A stretch of 64,000 bases of DNA from the NCBI GenBank assembly GCA_965208905.1, contig OZ242365.1:2080001-2144000 (forward strand), read 5' to 3'. Position numbers and translations under genes: made by a program. The DNA comes from Nitrosopumilaceae archaeon (GTDB lineage: Archaea; Thermoproteota; Nitrososphaeria; Nitrososphaerales; Nitrosopumilaceae). Of the stretch, positions 1-10,019 are shown one piece after another. The notes beneath the pieces are model-generated. The model did not search any database. It saw only the letters and a list, made by a program, of their open reading frames with translations, and had not been told where the DNA came from. Position 1 is the stretch's first letter. Every line of letters starts with the position of its first letter.

Positions 1-520
1 TCTCTGCTATAAATAGTGGGTCTAGCACGTCCACCGAAGACCCTATCGTATTGTGGGTACGACTCAAGACAGGTTGCAGCGAGCGATAGTTTTCACGTAT
101 ATTCTGTGGTACATCCTCATACACCTTGGCTTTGTTCAACGCCATGTTCATCAAACCCATATTCATGAGCATGACACTAAAGTTGTTCTTTAGTAGTTGG
201 GAGTTGAATACTAGTAGTCGTCTTTTGGACTCTTCACTTCGTTTTAGTATCTTGTCTATACGTTCAGAGTTCTGAACTAGACGCTTGTAGCTTTTGGATC
301 CTAGATAGTGAAGAAATATTCCCAGCGCTATGGCAATCACGACATCGCCCAGTATGAAGGCCATCCAGCCCGAAGGACTACAGTGAGGATCAAAATATGT
401 AAGAGAGCACGTATGTGTCTCCTCAGTAATGTCGTCCTGAGAGAATGCGACAATTGAGGTTACCGTCACATTGAGCACAAAGAACAAGGCTACAAAGAGA
501 ACTATGATCTTGGCATCCAT
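1..520 (-). CDS. Hypothetical membrane protein (hydrophobic N-terminus, second TM, helical tail); runs off the left edge of the window
   Basis: Manual translation from ATG at 520: MDAKIIVLFVALFFVLNVTVTSIVAFSQ...GWMAFILGDVVIAIALGIFLHYLG...; open to position 1, so it is missing from the ORF track. Confidence 0.65.
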   Translation of the reverse strand, partial: MDAKIIVLFVALFFVLNVTVTSIVAFSQDDITEETHTCSLTYFDPHCSPSGWMAFILGDVVIAIALGIFLHYLGSKSYKRLVQNSERIDKILKRSEESKRRLLVFNSQLLKNNFSVMLMNMGLMNMALNKAKVYEDVPQNIRENYRSLQPVLSRTHNTIGSSVDVLDPLFIAE

Positions 521-829
521 ATTTGTGGTTACAAATCAGTGTGTATTATATTATTTGGTCTGTTTTTTGGATTTTGCGTGTGAAATGCTGAACGTAATGT
601 GTTGACTTATTCATGGCATGTATGGACTAAGCATAGCCAGGCCATTCTAGATCCACATTTTTATTTTTAATTCAGCGTATCTTATTATAATTACGAAATA
701 AAATTAAACGAAACATAATGCATTTTTCAGATCAAATGTATAAGGCAAGCACCAAGGTTCTCGTTGTATTAGAAATTACACATAATGGCAGTTCAAAATA
801 TTTAAAAAAACCCAACAAAGATGTTCATC

Positions 830-2152
830 ATGGCAAAGTTTCTTATTGTCGGGTCCGGGGCTCGGGAAGCATCATTTGCGCTACAATTAATGAAGGACAC
901 GCAGCTGTATGGTGTTATAGGACACAAGAACCCTCTGATAATAGACTGTATTCACCAATCTGGAGGGGAGTACATTGTGGATGATGCCGATGATCCAGAT
1001 ACAGTACTGAAGTTTGCCAAACAACACAAGATAGATTATGCTTTTGTTAATGCTGATCAACCTCTGGCCAACGGCGTTGTTGATGTTCTATTGGAGCACG
1101 GCATCAAAGCTATTGGTGGAACACAGGCTGCAACCCGTATAGAGTGGGACAAGGTATACGCCATGGAGATGATGCAGAAGAGGTGTCCTGAATTTACTCC
1201 ATTTTATATTGTGGTATCTGATAAAAGATCACTATCCCAAGCACTATCCGAATTCAAATCCCGTAATCTTGAGGTTGTAGTAAAGCCTCAGGGCCTTACT
1301 GGGGGGAAAGGTGTCAAAGTAATGCCAATACACCTACCCACATATGATGACTGCTATAACTATGCCATGTCGTTATTTGATGGACGGCCCAATGAGAGTG
1401 TATTATTGGTGGAAAGATTGCAGGGGATAGAGTTCACCATAATGGGAATTACTGATGGCAAGAATCTAGTTATGGCCCCTGCCAGTTACGACTATCCGTT
1501 CCGGTATGAGGGTGATGTGGGGCCTGGAACTGGTGGTATGGGATGCTTCACTGCAGCAGAGAAGAAACTTCCATTCATGACAGATGAGAACCTGACAGAC
1601 TGTAAGACCATAATGCAACGTATAATTGATGAGATGCGACATACAGGTCTACGTTTTAGCGGAGTTCTAAATGGTGGATTCTTTAAGACCACAAGGGGCA
1701 TAAAATTTATGGAGTTTAATGGGCGCTTTGGTGATCCTGAAGGGTTGAACGTCCTAAGTGTTCTGGATGGTTCACTGGCATCTGTTCTAGTTCACATCTG
1801 GAATGGAACCATATCTGATGATGTGATTACATTTGCCAAAAAGGCTAGTGTCACTAAATATCTGGTTGCAAAGGAGTATCCGGAACACAGCGGCACAGCA
1901 ACTGAATTCACCATAGATGTAAAGTCCATTGCAGAGATGGGCATAAAGACGTACTTTGCCTCCTGTATACAGGTGGGCGATACAAGATATAGGACACTTA
2001 AAAAGTCACGGGTCGTTGCCTTGGGTGCCGTAGCCGATACAATACAAGAGGCATCTCATATAGTAAATATAGCCATAGACAGACACATACAAGGCAATCT
2101 AGAGTATAGGTCCGATATAGGTTCTGCTGAAAGTCTGCAAAGACTCCATTGA
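830..2152 (+). CDS. purD: Phosphoribosylamine--glycine ligase (GAR synthetase)
   Basis: MAKFLIVGSGARE start, ATP-grasp KPQGLTGGKGV, GPGTGGMG, EFNGRFGDPE, C-terminal YRSDIG. Confidence 0.95.
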   Translation: MAKFLIVGSGAREASFALQLMKDTQLYGVIGHKNPLIIDCIHQSGGEYIVDDADDPDTVLKFAKQHKIDYAFVNADQPLANGVVDVLLEHGIKAIGGTQAATRIEWDKVYAMEMMQKRCPEFTPFYIVVSDKRSLSQALSEFKSRNLEVVVKPQGLTGGKGVKVMPIHLPTYDDCYNYAMSLFDGRPNESVLLVERLQGIEFTIMGITDGKNLVMAPASYDYPFRYEGDVGPGTGGMGCFTAAEKKLPFMTDENLTDCKTIMQRIIDEMRHTGLRFSGVLNGGFFKTTRGIKFMEFNGRFGDPEGLNVLSVLDGSLASVLVHIWNGTISDDVITFAKKASVTKYLVAKEYPEHSGTATEFTIDVKSIAEMGIKTYFASCIQVGDTRYRTLKKSRVVALGAVADTIQEASHIVNIAIDRHIQGNLEYRSDIGSAESLQRLH

Positions 2153-2394
2153 TGCTTTTTAAAGTGTACTGTATGTAGACTCCTACAATTTTGATGTAAA
2201 AGACACACATGTAGCGTAATCCATACTGGTGCTGAGATGTAATACATTACATAATGACCATTCATACCAAGATCTTGTGACAGTGTCGGTATACTGCATT
2301 CTGCCATTGTATATACATCAAAAGTGCAGTATTTGATGGTCAGATTATATCAGACTGTTCATCTGTTGTCTTTACGTGTGAGCCCACAGAAGAC

Positions 2395-2402
2395 TTATAA
2401 AA
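2395..2402 (+). promoter_or_regulatory. Archaeal TATA box of the ilv-leu operon
   Basis: TTATAAAA with a purine-rich BRE-like stretch upstream, ending 22 nt before the ATG at 2424. Confidence 0.6.
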
Positions 2403-2423
2403 GACCACATTTCACCATACATC

Positions 2424-2465
2424 ATGATGACAACCGCAACCCAAACGTTGTTGGTATTGTCCTAG
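2424..2465 (+). CDS. Candidate leader peptide MMTTATQTLLVLS upstream of ilvB
   Basis: 13 codons, 8 of them Thr/Leu/Val; stop overlaps hairpin GCGCGT-TAAACT-ACGCGC just before the ilvB SD GAGGTG. Confidence 0.5.
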   Translation: MMTTATQTLLVLS

Positions 2466-2496
2466 CGCGTTAAACTACGCGCATTTGAGGTGTGTT

Positions 2497-4197
2497 ATGT
2501 CTAGTAATATCAAAACAATGAGTGGAGCTCAAGCATTAATGGAGGCCATGGAACGTGAGGGAGTCAAGGAGGTGTTTGGACTGCCTGGAGGCGCCAACCT
2601 TCCCATGTATGATGAATTCAACCGGTGTGACATTCGCCACATTCTGGTACGCCATGAGCAGTCTGCATCGCACATGGCAGATGGATATGGCCGTGTCAGC
2701 CGCAGGCCGGGAGTCTGCTTTGCCACATCCGGACCTGGTGCTACAAATATACTGACAGGCATAGCCACTGCGCAGGCGGACTCGGCTCCAATGATTGCAG
2801 TTACCGGTCAGGTACCCGTCAATATGATTGGCAAGGATGCTTTTCAGGAGAGTGACATAATGGGGATGGCAAATCCGGTAGTAAAGTATGCATTTCAACC
2901 CCGGACACCTCAAGAGGTACCAGTAGCAGTTCAAAAGGGCTTTTATATTGCATCAACAGGAAGACCAGGACCTGTTCTTATCGACATCCCCAAGGATGTA
3001 CAAACTGATAAGGCAGAGATGTGTTATGTAGAAAACTTCAAGATTCGTGGTTATCACCCGTGGGTGGAGCCGGATGTAACCAGTATCGGGCGCGCCATCG
3101 ATACTGTGATTCGCGCAGACAGGCCCATAATACTGGCTGGTGGCGGAACCATAATATCATCTGCATTTGCCGAACTTCAGGCACTAGCAGAGTTTCTATC
3201 CATACCCGTAGTAACCACATTCAAGGGTAAGGGTGCATTTCCTGAAAATCATGCACTCTCACTAGGGCCGATAGGCATGCATGGCCATGCTGAAGCCAAC
3301 AAGGTGATATCCGAAGCAGATTGCGTACTGGCAGTAGGTACTCGCTTCTCTGATCGTTCTGTGGGAACATTTGATGACTTTGAGAGTCGTAGAAGTATCA
3401 TACACATGGATATCGACCCCGCCGAGATAGGTAAAAATCAGACTACCAATGTTGCGGTGATAGGGGATGTAAAGGTCACACTACGCATGATGCTGGCCAT
3501 GCTACAAGAGCGACGTATACAAATAACAGAAGGCGGGGAGTGGGTACGGCACGCACAAGAGATGCACAAATACTGGCAGGAGAACTTAAAGATTCATCCT
3601 GGAGAGCTGAGCGCCGCCCGCATACTGCGCAAACTACGTGAGGTATTACCATCCGAATCCATAGTTACTACAGAAGTGGGACAGCACCAGATGTGGGCAT
3701 CACTCTTCTTTGATGTTATATCGCCGGGTACCTTCTTTAGCTCGACTGGCCTTGGTACTATGGGATGGGGATTTCCCGCCGCCATAGGGGCTAAAGTGGC
3801 CAAGCCAGATGTACCTGTCGTGGATATTGCAGGTGATGGCAGCTTCAACATGACAGAGAACTCTCTGGCGACATCGGTACTAGAGAACATTCCGGTCATT
3901 GTCTTTTTAGTGAATAATTATAGTCTGGGTATGGTGGCCCAATGGCAGAGGACGTTCTTTAAGCGCCGAATGGTGGGTGTGGATCAGGGCCAGTGTCCAG
4001 ACTATGTAAAACTAGCCGAGTCATACGGCGCGCAGGGCATACGGGCTCATACCATAGATGAGCTGGATGCCGCCATACGGGCTGCCCTCAAAAGTGATAT
4101 TGCTACAGTTATAGACATACCAATTGATCCTGAAGAAGACGTGCTGCCCTTTGTAGCTCCGGGAACACCACTCACCAAAATGATACTGCCGTCGTGA
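2497..4197 (+). CDS. ilvB: Acetolactate synthase large subunit
   Basis: FGLPGGANLP, RHEQ, TSGPGATN, TPP-binding GDGSFNM...NN motif; SD GAGGTG at 2487-2492. Confidence 0.96.
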   Translation: MSSNIKTMSGAQALMEAMEREGVKEVFGLPGGANLPMYDEFNRCDIRHILVRHEQSASHMADGYGRVSRRPGVCFATSGPGATNILTGIATAQADSAPMIAVTGQVPVNMIGKDAFQESDIMGMANPVVKYAFQPRTPQEVPVAVQKGFYIASTGRPGPVLIDIPKDVQTDKAEMCYVENFKIRGYHPWVEPDVTSIGRAIDTVIRADRPIILAGGGTIISSAFAELQALAEFLSIPVVTTFKGKGAFPENHALSLGPIGMHGHAEANKVISEADCVLAVGTRFSDRSVGTFDDFESRRSIIHMDIDPAEIGKNQTTNVAVIGDVKVTLRMMLAMLQERRIQITEGGEWVRHAQEMHKYWQENLKIHPGELSAARILRKLREVLPSESIVTTEVGQHQMWASLFFDVISPGTFFSSTGLGTMGWGFPAAIGAKVAKPDVPVVDIAGDGSFNMTENSLATSVLENIPVIVFLVNNYSLGMVAQWQRTFFKRRMVGVDQGQCPDYVKLAESYGAQGIRAHTIDELDAAIRAALKSDIATVIDIPIDPEEDVLPFVAPGTPLTKMILPS

Positions 4198-4204
4198 TGA
4201 TAAT

Positions 4205-4690
4205 ATGGTGTGGGCGATATTCTCAATTCTAGTGGAAAACAAACTAGGAATACTCTTTGCTGTAACACATCTATTTAGGGCCAGAAACTTCAACATTGAC
4301 AGTATAGCGGTGGGGGTTACTGAGAACCCTACATACTCTAGAATGACAATTACGACATTTGGTGATGAGCGACAACTGGAACAGATTCGAAAACAACTGG
4401 ACAAGATGATAGACACTGTAGATGTACGCCGTCTAGACGATCACAAGACCGTATATAGGGAACTTGCCATTTTCAAGATAAAGATAGCCAGCGCAGAAGA
4501 CAGTATGGAAGTGAACAAACTGATAAATGCATTTGGTGCAAAGGCTCATGACTCCCGCAAAGAGTCCATAATGGCGGAGCTGACAACCACACCGGATCAG
4601 ATACGCGCATTTCAAGAACTGGCAGATCGGTTTGGCATCATAGAGATGGTACGTACGGGAATAGCCGCACTACAGAGAAGTGGATCATGA
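4205..4690 (+). CDS. ilvH: Acetolactate synthase small (regulatory ACT) subunit
   Basis: ILVENKLGIL...RNFNIDSIAVG...SRMTI ACT domain and EMVRTG C-terminus; follows ilvB. Confidence 0.93.
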   Translation: MVWAIFSILVENKLGILFAVTHLFRARNFNIDSIAVGVTENPTYSRMTITTFGDERQLEQIRKQLDKMIDTVDVRRLDDHKTVYRELAIFKIKIASAEDSMEVNKLINAFGAKAHDSRKESIMAELTTTPDQIRAFQELADRFGIIEMVRTGIAALQRSGS

Positions 4691-6195
4691 AGATACGACT
4701 CTTTGATACTACACTGCGCGACGGCGAGCAGACACCCGGAGTCTCACTATCCCCACCACAAAAGGTGATCATTGCAAAGAGATTGGATGAGTTAGGGGTG
4801 GATGTCATTGAAGCTGGATTTCCCGTAATATCTGCTGGAGAGGCTCAGGCAGTTCGACTCATATCTGATGAGAACCTAAGCTGTGAGATATGCGCGCTTG
4901 CACGCGCAAACAGCAAAGATATCGATGCAGTGTCTAATGCAAACCTATCGTATGTACACACATTCATTGCAACATCTGACATACACCTAAAGTACAAACT
5001 AAAGATGACCAGAGAAGAGGCTCTGATAAAAGCCATAGATGCCGTCACCTATGCCAAATCTTTGGGACTAAAGGTAGAGTTCTCTGCCGAGGATGCCACC
5101 CGGACCGATAGGGAGTTTTTGAATAGGGTGTTCTCCGAGGTGGCCCGGGCAGGTGCTGACCGTATAGACATACCCGATACAGTGGGTTACTCCACACCTC
5201 AATACATGGCAGATATAACGTCTGATGCAATACAATCATCGGGACTTCCCGTATCTGTACACTGCCACAACGACTTTGGGCTGGCGGTGGCAAACGCACT
5301 GGCAGGCATTCAGGCAGGAGCTGTCTGCGCACATGTCACAATAAATGGTATTGGTGAGCGTGCAGGCAATGCATCACTAGAAGAGCTGAACATGGCATTA
5401 CAATGCCTTCAACACGACACCAAATATGAGACCAACATAAACTCTGAGATGATATACGAGACATCTAGATTTATCTCAAGCATGGTAGGCATAACAGTCC
5501 AGCCAAACAAGGCCATAGTTGGCGATAACGCCTTTGGACATGAGTCGGGTATACATACACATGGCATACTGAACAATCCATTGACATATGAGCCCATAAG
5601 TCCGGAACTTGTGGGACGGAAACGGTGGCTCAAGGTGGGCAAGCATGCAGGAATGCATGGAACCAATGCCATGCTTGCCGAGTACGGCATACATCCTACT
5701 GATGAGCAGTCACAACTCATACTATCTCGGGTGAAGGATATGGGTGACAGGGGCAAACTGGTAACCGAGGTCGAACTACTATCTATAGCCAATGATGTGA
5801 TGGATGATGATAGCATCAAGGATCTGGTAAAGTTGGATGGTTTCTCTGTATCCACGGGCATAGGTACTATGCCTTATGCCTTTGTCCGACTGAACATAAA
5901 CGGCAAAGAGTACTCAGAGACTGACTTTGGTGTGGGTCCTGTCGACGCAGCATTTAATGCAATACAAAAGATAACCGGCTCTACTTCTGAGCTCCTCATC
6001 AAAGATTATGGTTTAGCATCAATATCTGGTGGTTCTCAAGCTCTCTGCGAGGTTACCGTACATGTGGCGGATACTTCGGGAAATACAATATCCTCCAAAA
6101 CAATAGGCAAGGATATTGTTACCACCAGCGTAAGGGCTGTAATCAGTGGAGCCAACCGTTTAATGCTTAAAAAGATGACTACACAAGAAGAGTAA
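4687..6195 (+). CDS. leuA: 2-isopropylmalate synthase / citramalate synthase (DRE-TIM family with regulatory domain)
   Basis: DTTLRDGEQTPG, HCHNDFGLA, GIGERAGNA, HESGIH, GVGPVDA; LeuA and CimA cannot be told apart by eye. Confidence 0.85.
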   Translation: MKIRLFDTTLRDGEQTPGVSLSPPQKVIIAKRLDELGVDVIEAGFPVISAGEAQAVRLISDENLSCEICALARANSKDIDAVSNANLSYVHTFIATSDIHLKYKLKMTREEALIKAIDAVTYAKSLGLKVEFSAEDATRTDREFLNRVFSEVARAGADRIDIPDTVGYSTPQYMADITSDAIQSSGLPVSVHCHNDFGLAVANALAGIQAGAVCAHVTINGIGERAGNASLEELNMALQCLQHDTKYETNINSEMIYETSRFISSMVGITVQPNKAIVGDNAFGHESGIHTHGILNNPLTYEPISPELVGRKRWLKVGKHAGMHGTNAMLAEYGIHPTDEQSQLILSRVKDMGDRGKLVTEVELLSIANDVMDDDSIKDLVKLDGFSVSTGIGTMPYAFVRLNINGKEYSETDFGVGPVDAAFNAIQKITGSTSELLIKDYGLASISGGSQALCEVTVHVADTSGNTISSKTIGKDIVTTSVRAVISGANRLMLKKMTTQEE

Positions 6196-7244
6196 TGTAT
6201 GGAATATCACTGATAACTGGTGATGGTGTGGGACCCGAGCTGGCGGACTCCGGTGTTGCCATATTGGATACAATATCCGACTGTACGGATGTAAAATTTG
6301 ATATAACACAGCTAGTCGCAGGAGATACGGCCCTCAAAGATATGGGTACTGCACTGCCTGCCGACACATTAGACAACATAAAAAAATCGGACGCGTGTCT
6401 CAAAGCGCCCGTGGGAGAGTCTGCCGCGGATGTGATTGTGCATCTACGACGGGTGCTGGATTTGTACGCAAATATACGACCTGCCCGCTCTTATCCGGGA
6501 GTGGCTTGTCTGCGAGAGGATATAGACATGGTGATAGTTCGAGAGAATACCGAAGATCTGTATACGGGTATGGAGTTTCAGATTGATGATGCTGCCATTG
6601 CACTGCGAATAATATCAAAGTCTGCATCACATAGAATAGCAAAGAAGGCATTTGAGATGGCTAAGCAACGGGACATGATGAAGAAGGTCACCTGCGTACA
6701 CAAATCGAACGTTATGCGAGTAAGTGATGGTCTGTTTCGTCGTACATGTGATGAGGTTGCTAAACAGTATGCTGATGTCATACTTGAGCATATGTATGTA
6801 GATGCATGCGCAATGAATCTAATACGACAGCCAGAGCAGTTTGATGTAATATTGACTACAAATCTATTTGGAGACATACTGTCAGATGAGTCTTCACAGG
6901 TGGTGGGCGGACTAGGGATTGCTCCGGCCGCAAACATTGGCGATAACTTTGCGCTCTTTGAACCGGTACATGGGGCCGCCTTTGATATTGCAGGTCGAAA
7001 TATGGTTAATCCCGTCTCATTCATACTATCTATACGCATGATGCTCGAATGGTTGGGCATGACAAAGTCTGATACCAGATGTATACGTATAGCAAATATA
7101 CTTGAGGGAGTCATTGCAGATACCATACAGAGTGGCAATGTAACCCATGATTTGGGTGGCAATCAAGGTACAAAAGAGTTTACAAATGTTATAGTAAATA
7201 CGTTCAAAGACTATTATCCCTCTGATGTAACAGATGTAACATGA
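6195..7244 (+). CDS. leuB: 3-isopropylmalate / isocitrate family dehydrogenase
   Basis: GDGVGPE, LYANIRP, VRENTEDLY, HKSNVM, NLFGDILSD, EPVHGAAFDIAG; operon context. Confidence 0.88.
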   Translation: MYGISLITGDGVGPELADSGVAILDTISDCTDVKFDITQLVAGDTALKDMGTALPADTLDNIKKSDACLKAPVGESAADVIVHLRRVLDLYANIRPARSYPGVACLREDIDMVIVRENTEDLYTGMEFQIDDAAIALRIISKSASHRIAKKAFEMAKQRDMMKKVTCVHKSNVMRVSDGLFRRTCDEVAKQYADVILEHMYVDACAMNLIRQPEQFDVILTTNLFGDILSDESSQVVGGLGIAPAANIGDNFALFEPVHGAAFDIAGRNMVNPVSFILSIRMMLEWLGMTKSDTRCIRIANILEGVIADTIQSGNVTHDLGGNQGTKEFTNVIVNTFKDYYPSDVTDVT

Positions 7245-7369
7245 TGTGTGTAATATGTAAGGAGAACAAGGGTACACAGCGTATACGAGATGGCAATCCC
7301 GCATACAAAGGAAAGCCTGTGTGTGCATTGTGTAACAAGGCTCGTAAGTTGTTGCTAGAGACCAAATAG
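7241..7369 (+). CDS. Small (42 aa) putative zinc-finger protein
   Basis: MMCVICKENKGTQRIRDGNPAYKGKPVCALCNKARKLLLETK; two CxxC pairs; ATGA overlap with the leuB stop. Confidence 0.65.
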   Translation: MMCVICKENKGTQRIRDGNPAYKGKPVCALCNKARKLLLETK

Positions 7370-7370
7370 A

Positions 7371-8675
7371 TTAAGGCAGCAGTCTGTCTGTATCCCGGGG
7401 ATACAACACGACTTCACGAACATTGTCTGTTCCAGTCAGTATTGTCATGAGACGATCTAATCCCATACCCCAACCAGAGTGAGGTGGCATCCCCCAGCCG
7501 AACACCTCAAGGTGGTCGGCAAACTGCTCTGGATTCAGTCCCTGCTGTATGAGTCTGCCCCTTATGGTGGATGCGTCATGCAGGCGAGTGCCGCCTGATG
7601 ACAACTCCAGATAGCCATACTGCAAGTCAAAGGATTTGGATATGTCTGGATTATCATCCCTTCCCATTATATAGAAGGGCTTGAGACTCATTGGCCAGTC
7701 TGTCAGAAAGTAAAAGCCTGGATGGTTCTTGCCTACTATTCGCAGGTGGGCATCCTGCAAGTCATCACCAAAGCTCAAGTCATGCCCCTCCTCTTGAAGT
7801 TCATCTAAGGCATCCTGATATGTAATAACCTCAAATGGTGCAGACGGTACTGCAAGCTCATGCGCAAGGTTTGCCAGCGGTACAGTACATAAATCGGATA
7901 TGTCTTTAAAGACTCTACATATCATGGACTCAAGGGTTGTCATTACATCCGTATAGTCCATAAAGGCTGCCTCAATGTCGACACTGGTAAACTCGGTGAG
8001 GTGTCGTCCTGTATGTGAGTTTTCGGCCCTGTAAAAGTTCGAGACCTCAAATACGCGCTCGAGCCCCATCGTCATCTGCTCTTTGTATAACTGTGGACTT
8101 TGTGCCAGATATGCTGTCCTGCCAAAGTATTCCAATGAAAACAGATTTGCTCCACCCTCACTAGCACTACCTATTATCTTGGGGGTGGTTATCTCAGTGA
8201 ATCGGTCTGCCAAATGACTTCGTATGGATTGTAGTGCTACATGGCGTATATGAAATATGGAACTGGTTCTCTGATTTCTCATGTCCAGCGCCCGATGGTT
8301 CAGTCTTGTGTCGATATTGCTCTGTACACGCCCTATTGGGTCCACAGGTAGAGGATGTATGGCAGCTGTAAGCAGTTGTATATGGTTGGCTTTAATCTCA
8401 AAGTCAAAGTCCCGGGCCCGCGTTTCCTGTATTGTACCCTGTACTCGTATTACACTCTGCCGGGTCATCTTTGATACATCCTCGCCAGCCTGATCCTTTG
8501 CAATTATTTGACAACGGCCCGAAGCGTCTCGCAGTGTTACAAACACCATCTTGCCCATCTTGCGCAGGTCTTCTATCCAGCCACCTAGCACAATCTGCTC
8601 TCCAATCATCGACTTTTTCAAGTCGCCCACATCATGACTCTTTGTGAACTCCACAAGTATTGCTGGATATTTCAC
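7371..8675 (-). CDS. aspS: Aspartyl-tRNA synthetase, archaeal type
   Basis: N-terminal OB fold, SEGGA, LAQSPQLYK, RAENSHTGRHLTEF, GMPPHSGWGMGLDR, YPRD. Confidence 0.95.
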   Translation of the reverse strand: MKYPAILVEFTKSHDVGDLKKSMIGEQIVLGGWIEDLRKMGKMVFVTLRDASGRCQIIAKDQAGEDVSKMTRQSVIRVQGTIQETRARDFDFEIKANHIQLLTAAIHPLPVDPIGRVQSNIDTRLNHRALDMRNQRTSSIFHIRHVALQSIRSHLADRFTEITTPKIIGSASEGGANLFSLEYFGRTAYLAQSPQLYKEQMTMGLERVFEVSNFYRAENSHTGRHLTEFTSVDIEAAFMDYTDVMTTLESMICRVFKDISDLCTVPLANLAHELAVPSAPFEVITYQDALDELQEEGHDLSFGDDLQDAHLRIVGKNHPGFYFLTDWPMSLKPFYIMGRDDNPDISKSFDLQYGYLELSSGGTRLHDASTIRGRLIQQGLNPEQFADHLEVFGWGMPPHSGWGMGLDRLMTILTGTDNVREVVLYPRDTDRLLP

Positions 8676-8736
8676 CTAAATATGTCATCGTATTATGCCT
8701 AAAATGTTAAATCAGGTCTCTTATTGTATAGATATT

Positions 8737-8857
8737 GGAGGAGTAATCAAGCCTGGCCAAAGAGAGCTGAATAGTTCTTGGAAATGCAGGACTTAAGATC
8801 AAAGAATGGGTGATCCTGTCTTTAAGGAGTTCGCGGGTTCAAATCCCGCCTCCTCCA
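8737..8857 (+). tRNA. tRNA-Leu(TAA) with two BHB introns (8763-8783 in the D-arm and 8798-8812 at 37/38)
   Basis: Acceptor stem GGAGGAG/CTCCTCC-A, T-arm GCGGG-TTCAAAT-CCCGC, anticodon stem CAGGA/TCCTG with TAA at 8794-8796 once both inserts are removed. Confidence 0.88.
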
Positions 8858-8879
8858 TAAAAATATAAAAAAAATAGTG

Positions 8880-9254
8880 TTAAAGAGATCCCTTCTTCTT
8901 CATAATTGTATAAACTTCGGGCATGGCATAGCAGAAACCGGCGTGTATGCAGTTTTCTTCCTCGCACAGCTCACAGTACAGTGTGTTGTTTTTTACTACT
9001 ACCTCTGCTATACGATTTATCTTTTTATCACGTAGTATGATGCGGTCATCGTCTATACCTATCTTCTTTAACATTGGTGCATTCTTTGCAAACACTTCAT
9101 CTTTCATCATGCGTTCTTCGAGCATGAACGAGACATATTTGGAGAGGCTATAAGCGCCCATCTCATTCTTTACTCCGTCAGTATCTTTGTATGTCTTGAA
9201 TTTGTCGTATATCTGCTCAGGTATTGTTATTGATTTGTAACCAGGTTTTGGCAT
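8880..9254 (-). CDS. Conserved thaumarchaeal hypothetical protein (RHH-like N-terminus, CxxC-x4-CxH C-terminus)
   Basis: MPKPGYKSITIPEQIYDKF...LYCELCEEENCIH. Confidence 0.7.
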   Translation of the reverse strand: MPKPGYKSITIPEQIYDKFKTYKDTDGVKNEMGAYSLSKYVSFMLEERMMKDEVFAKNAPMLKKIGIDDDRIILRDKKINRIAEVVVKNNTLYCELCEEENCIHAGFCYAMPEVYTIMKKKGSL

Positions 9255-9300
9255 ATTACTTCATTATAATGTAGGGTATAGTACATATTTAAGGGTTTAA

Positions 9301-9843
9301 CTATTGTTTGAGGGAATTATATACAAAAGTACACAGCCTCGGCTGTACACTCATGCCTTTTCTGACGACTTCGTTGTATGGAGTGGAGCATAGAAGGTGT
9401 TGGCTTGTAGTCCTCCTTGTGCCCCGGCCGTCTTTGCGGCGGTATGGCGCATGGTTAGAGTTGTCATCCATGACCCTTCTACATGCGACGGAGGCATCCT
9501 GTATGGCGCCCCTGCCAAACACCATAGGTAAGTCAGATACCCAATCCGACTCGGCGCGCCATACAGTCAACTTTTTGTACATGCCGTACTTTAATGCCCT
9601 CTTTGATGGCCCAAAATCATATGTATGGTAGTCATCATCCAGCATACCTGATGTAAAACTCAGCTTGCCCGGCAGTTTGAAGGGCTGCAGGATGTCCACT
9701 ACCACCCTCTCCATATATTCTCCACCAAACAAATACTCTGATACGGCGCGGTTATACACATATCTTGACGCATGATTCGTGCGGTGCGCCCACTCCACGA
9801 ACCGCACATCCCTCCGTAGCGGTACCTTGACTATCCGTATCAT
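9301..9843 (-). pseudogene. N-terminal fragment of a TnpB-like (IS200/IS605) protein
   Basis: SRYVYNRAV, LTVWRAESDW, GAIQDA...PYRRK resemble the TnpB N-terminus; no RuvC region follows. Confidence 0.55.
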
Positions 9844-10019
9844 GATATGTAATACGGTATGCTGGTATTTAAGGGGAGTTGCTGTGGACGCGATCCGTGG
9901 TTCAGGCATTAACTCTCAGAATCGGGGTTGTGTACTTTTGTATATAATTCTCTTGTGTAACTATTGACTTACCATCGTATGAAATAATTATATAAGAATT
10001 TCATGTTGCAACTCTTCCC

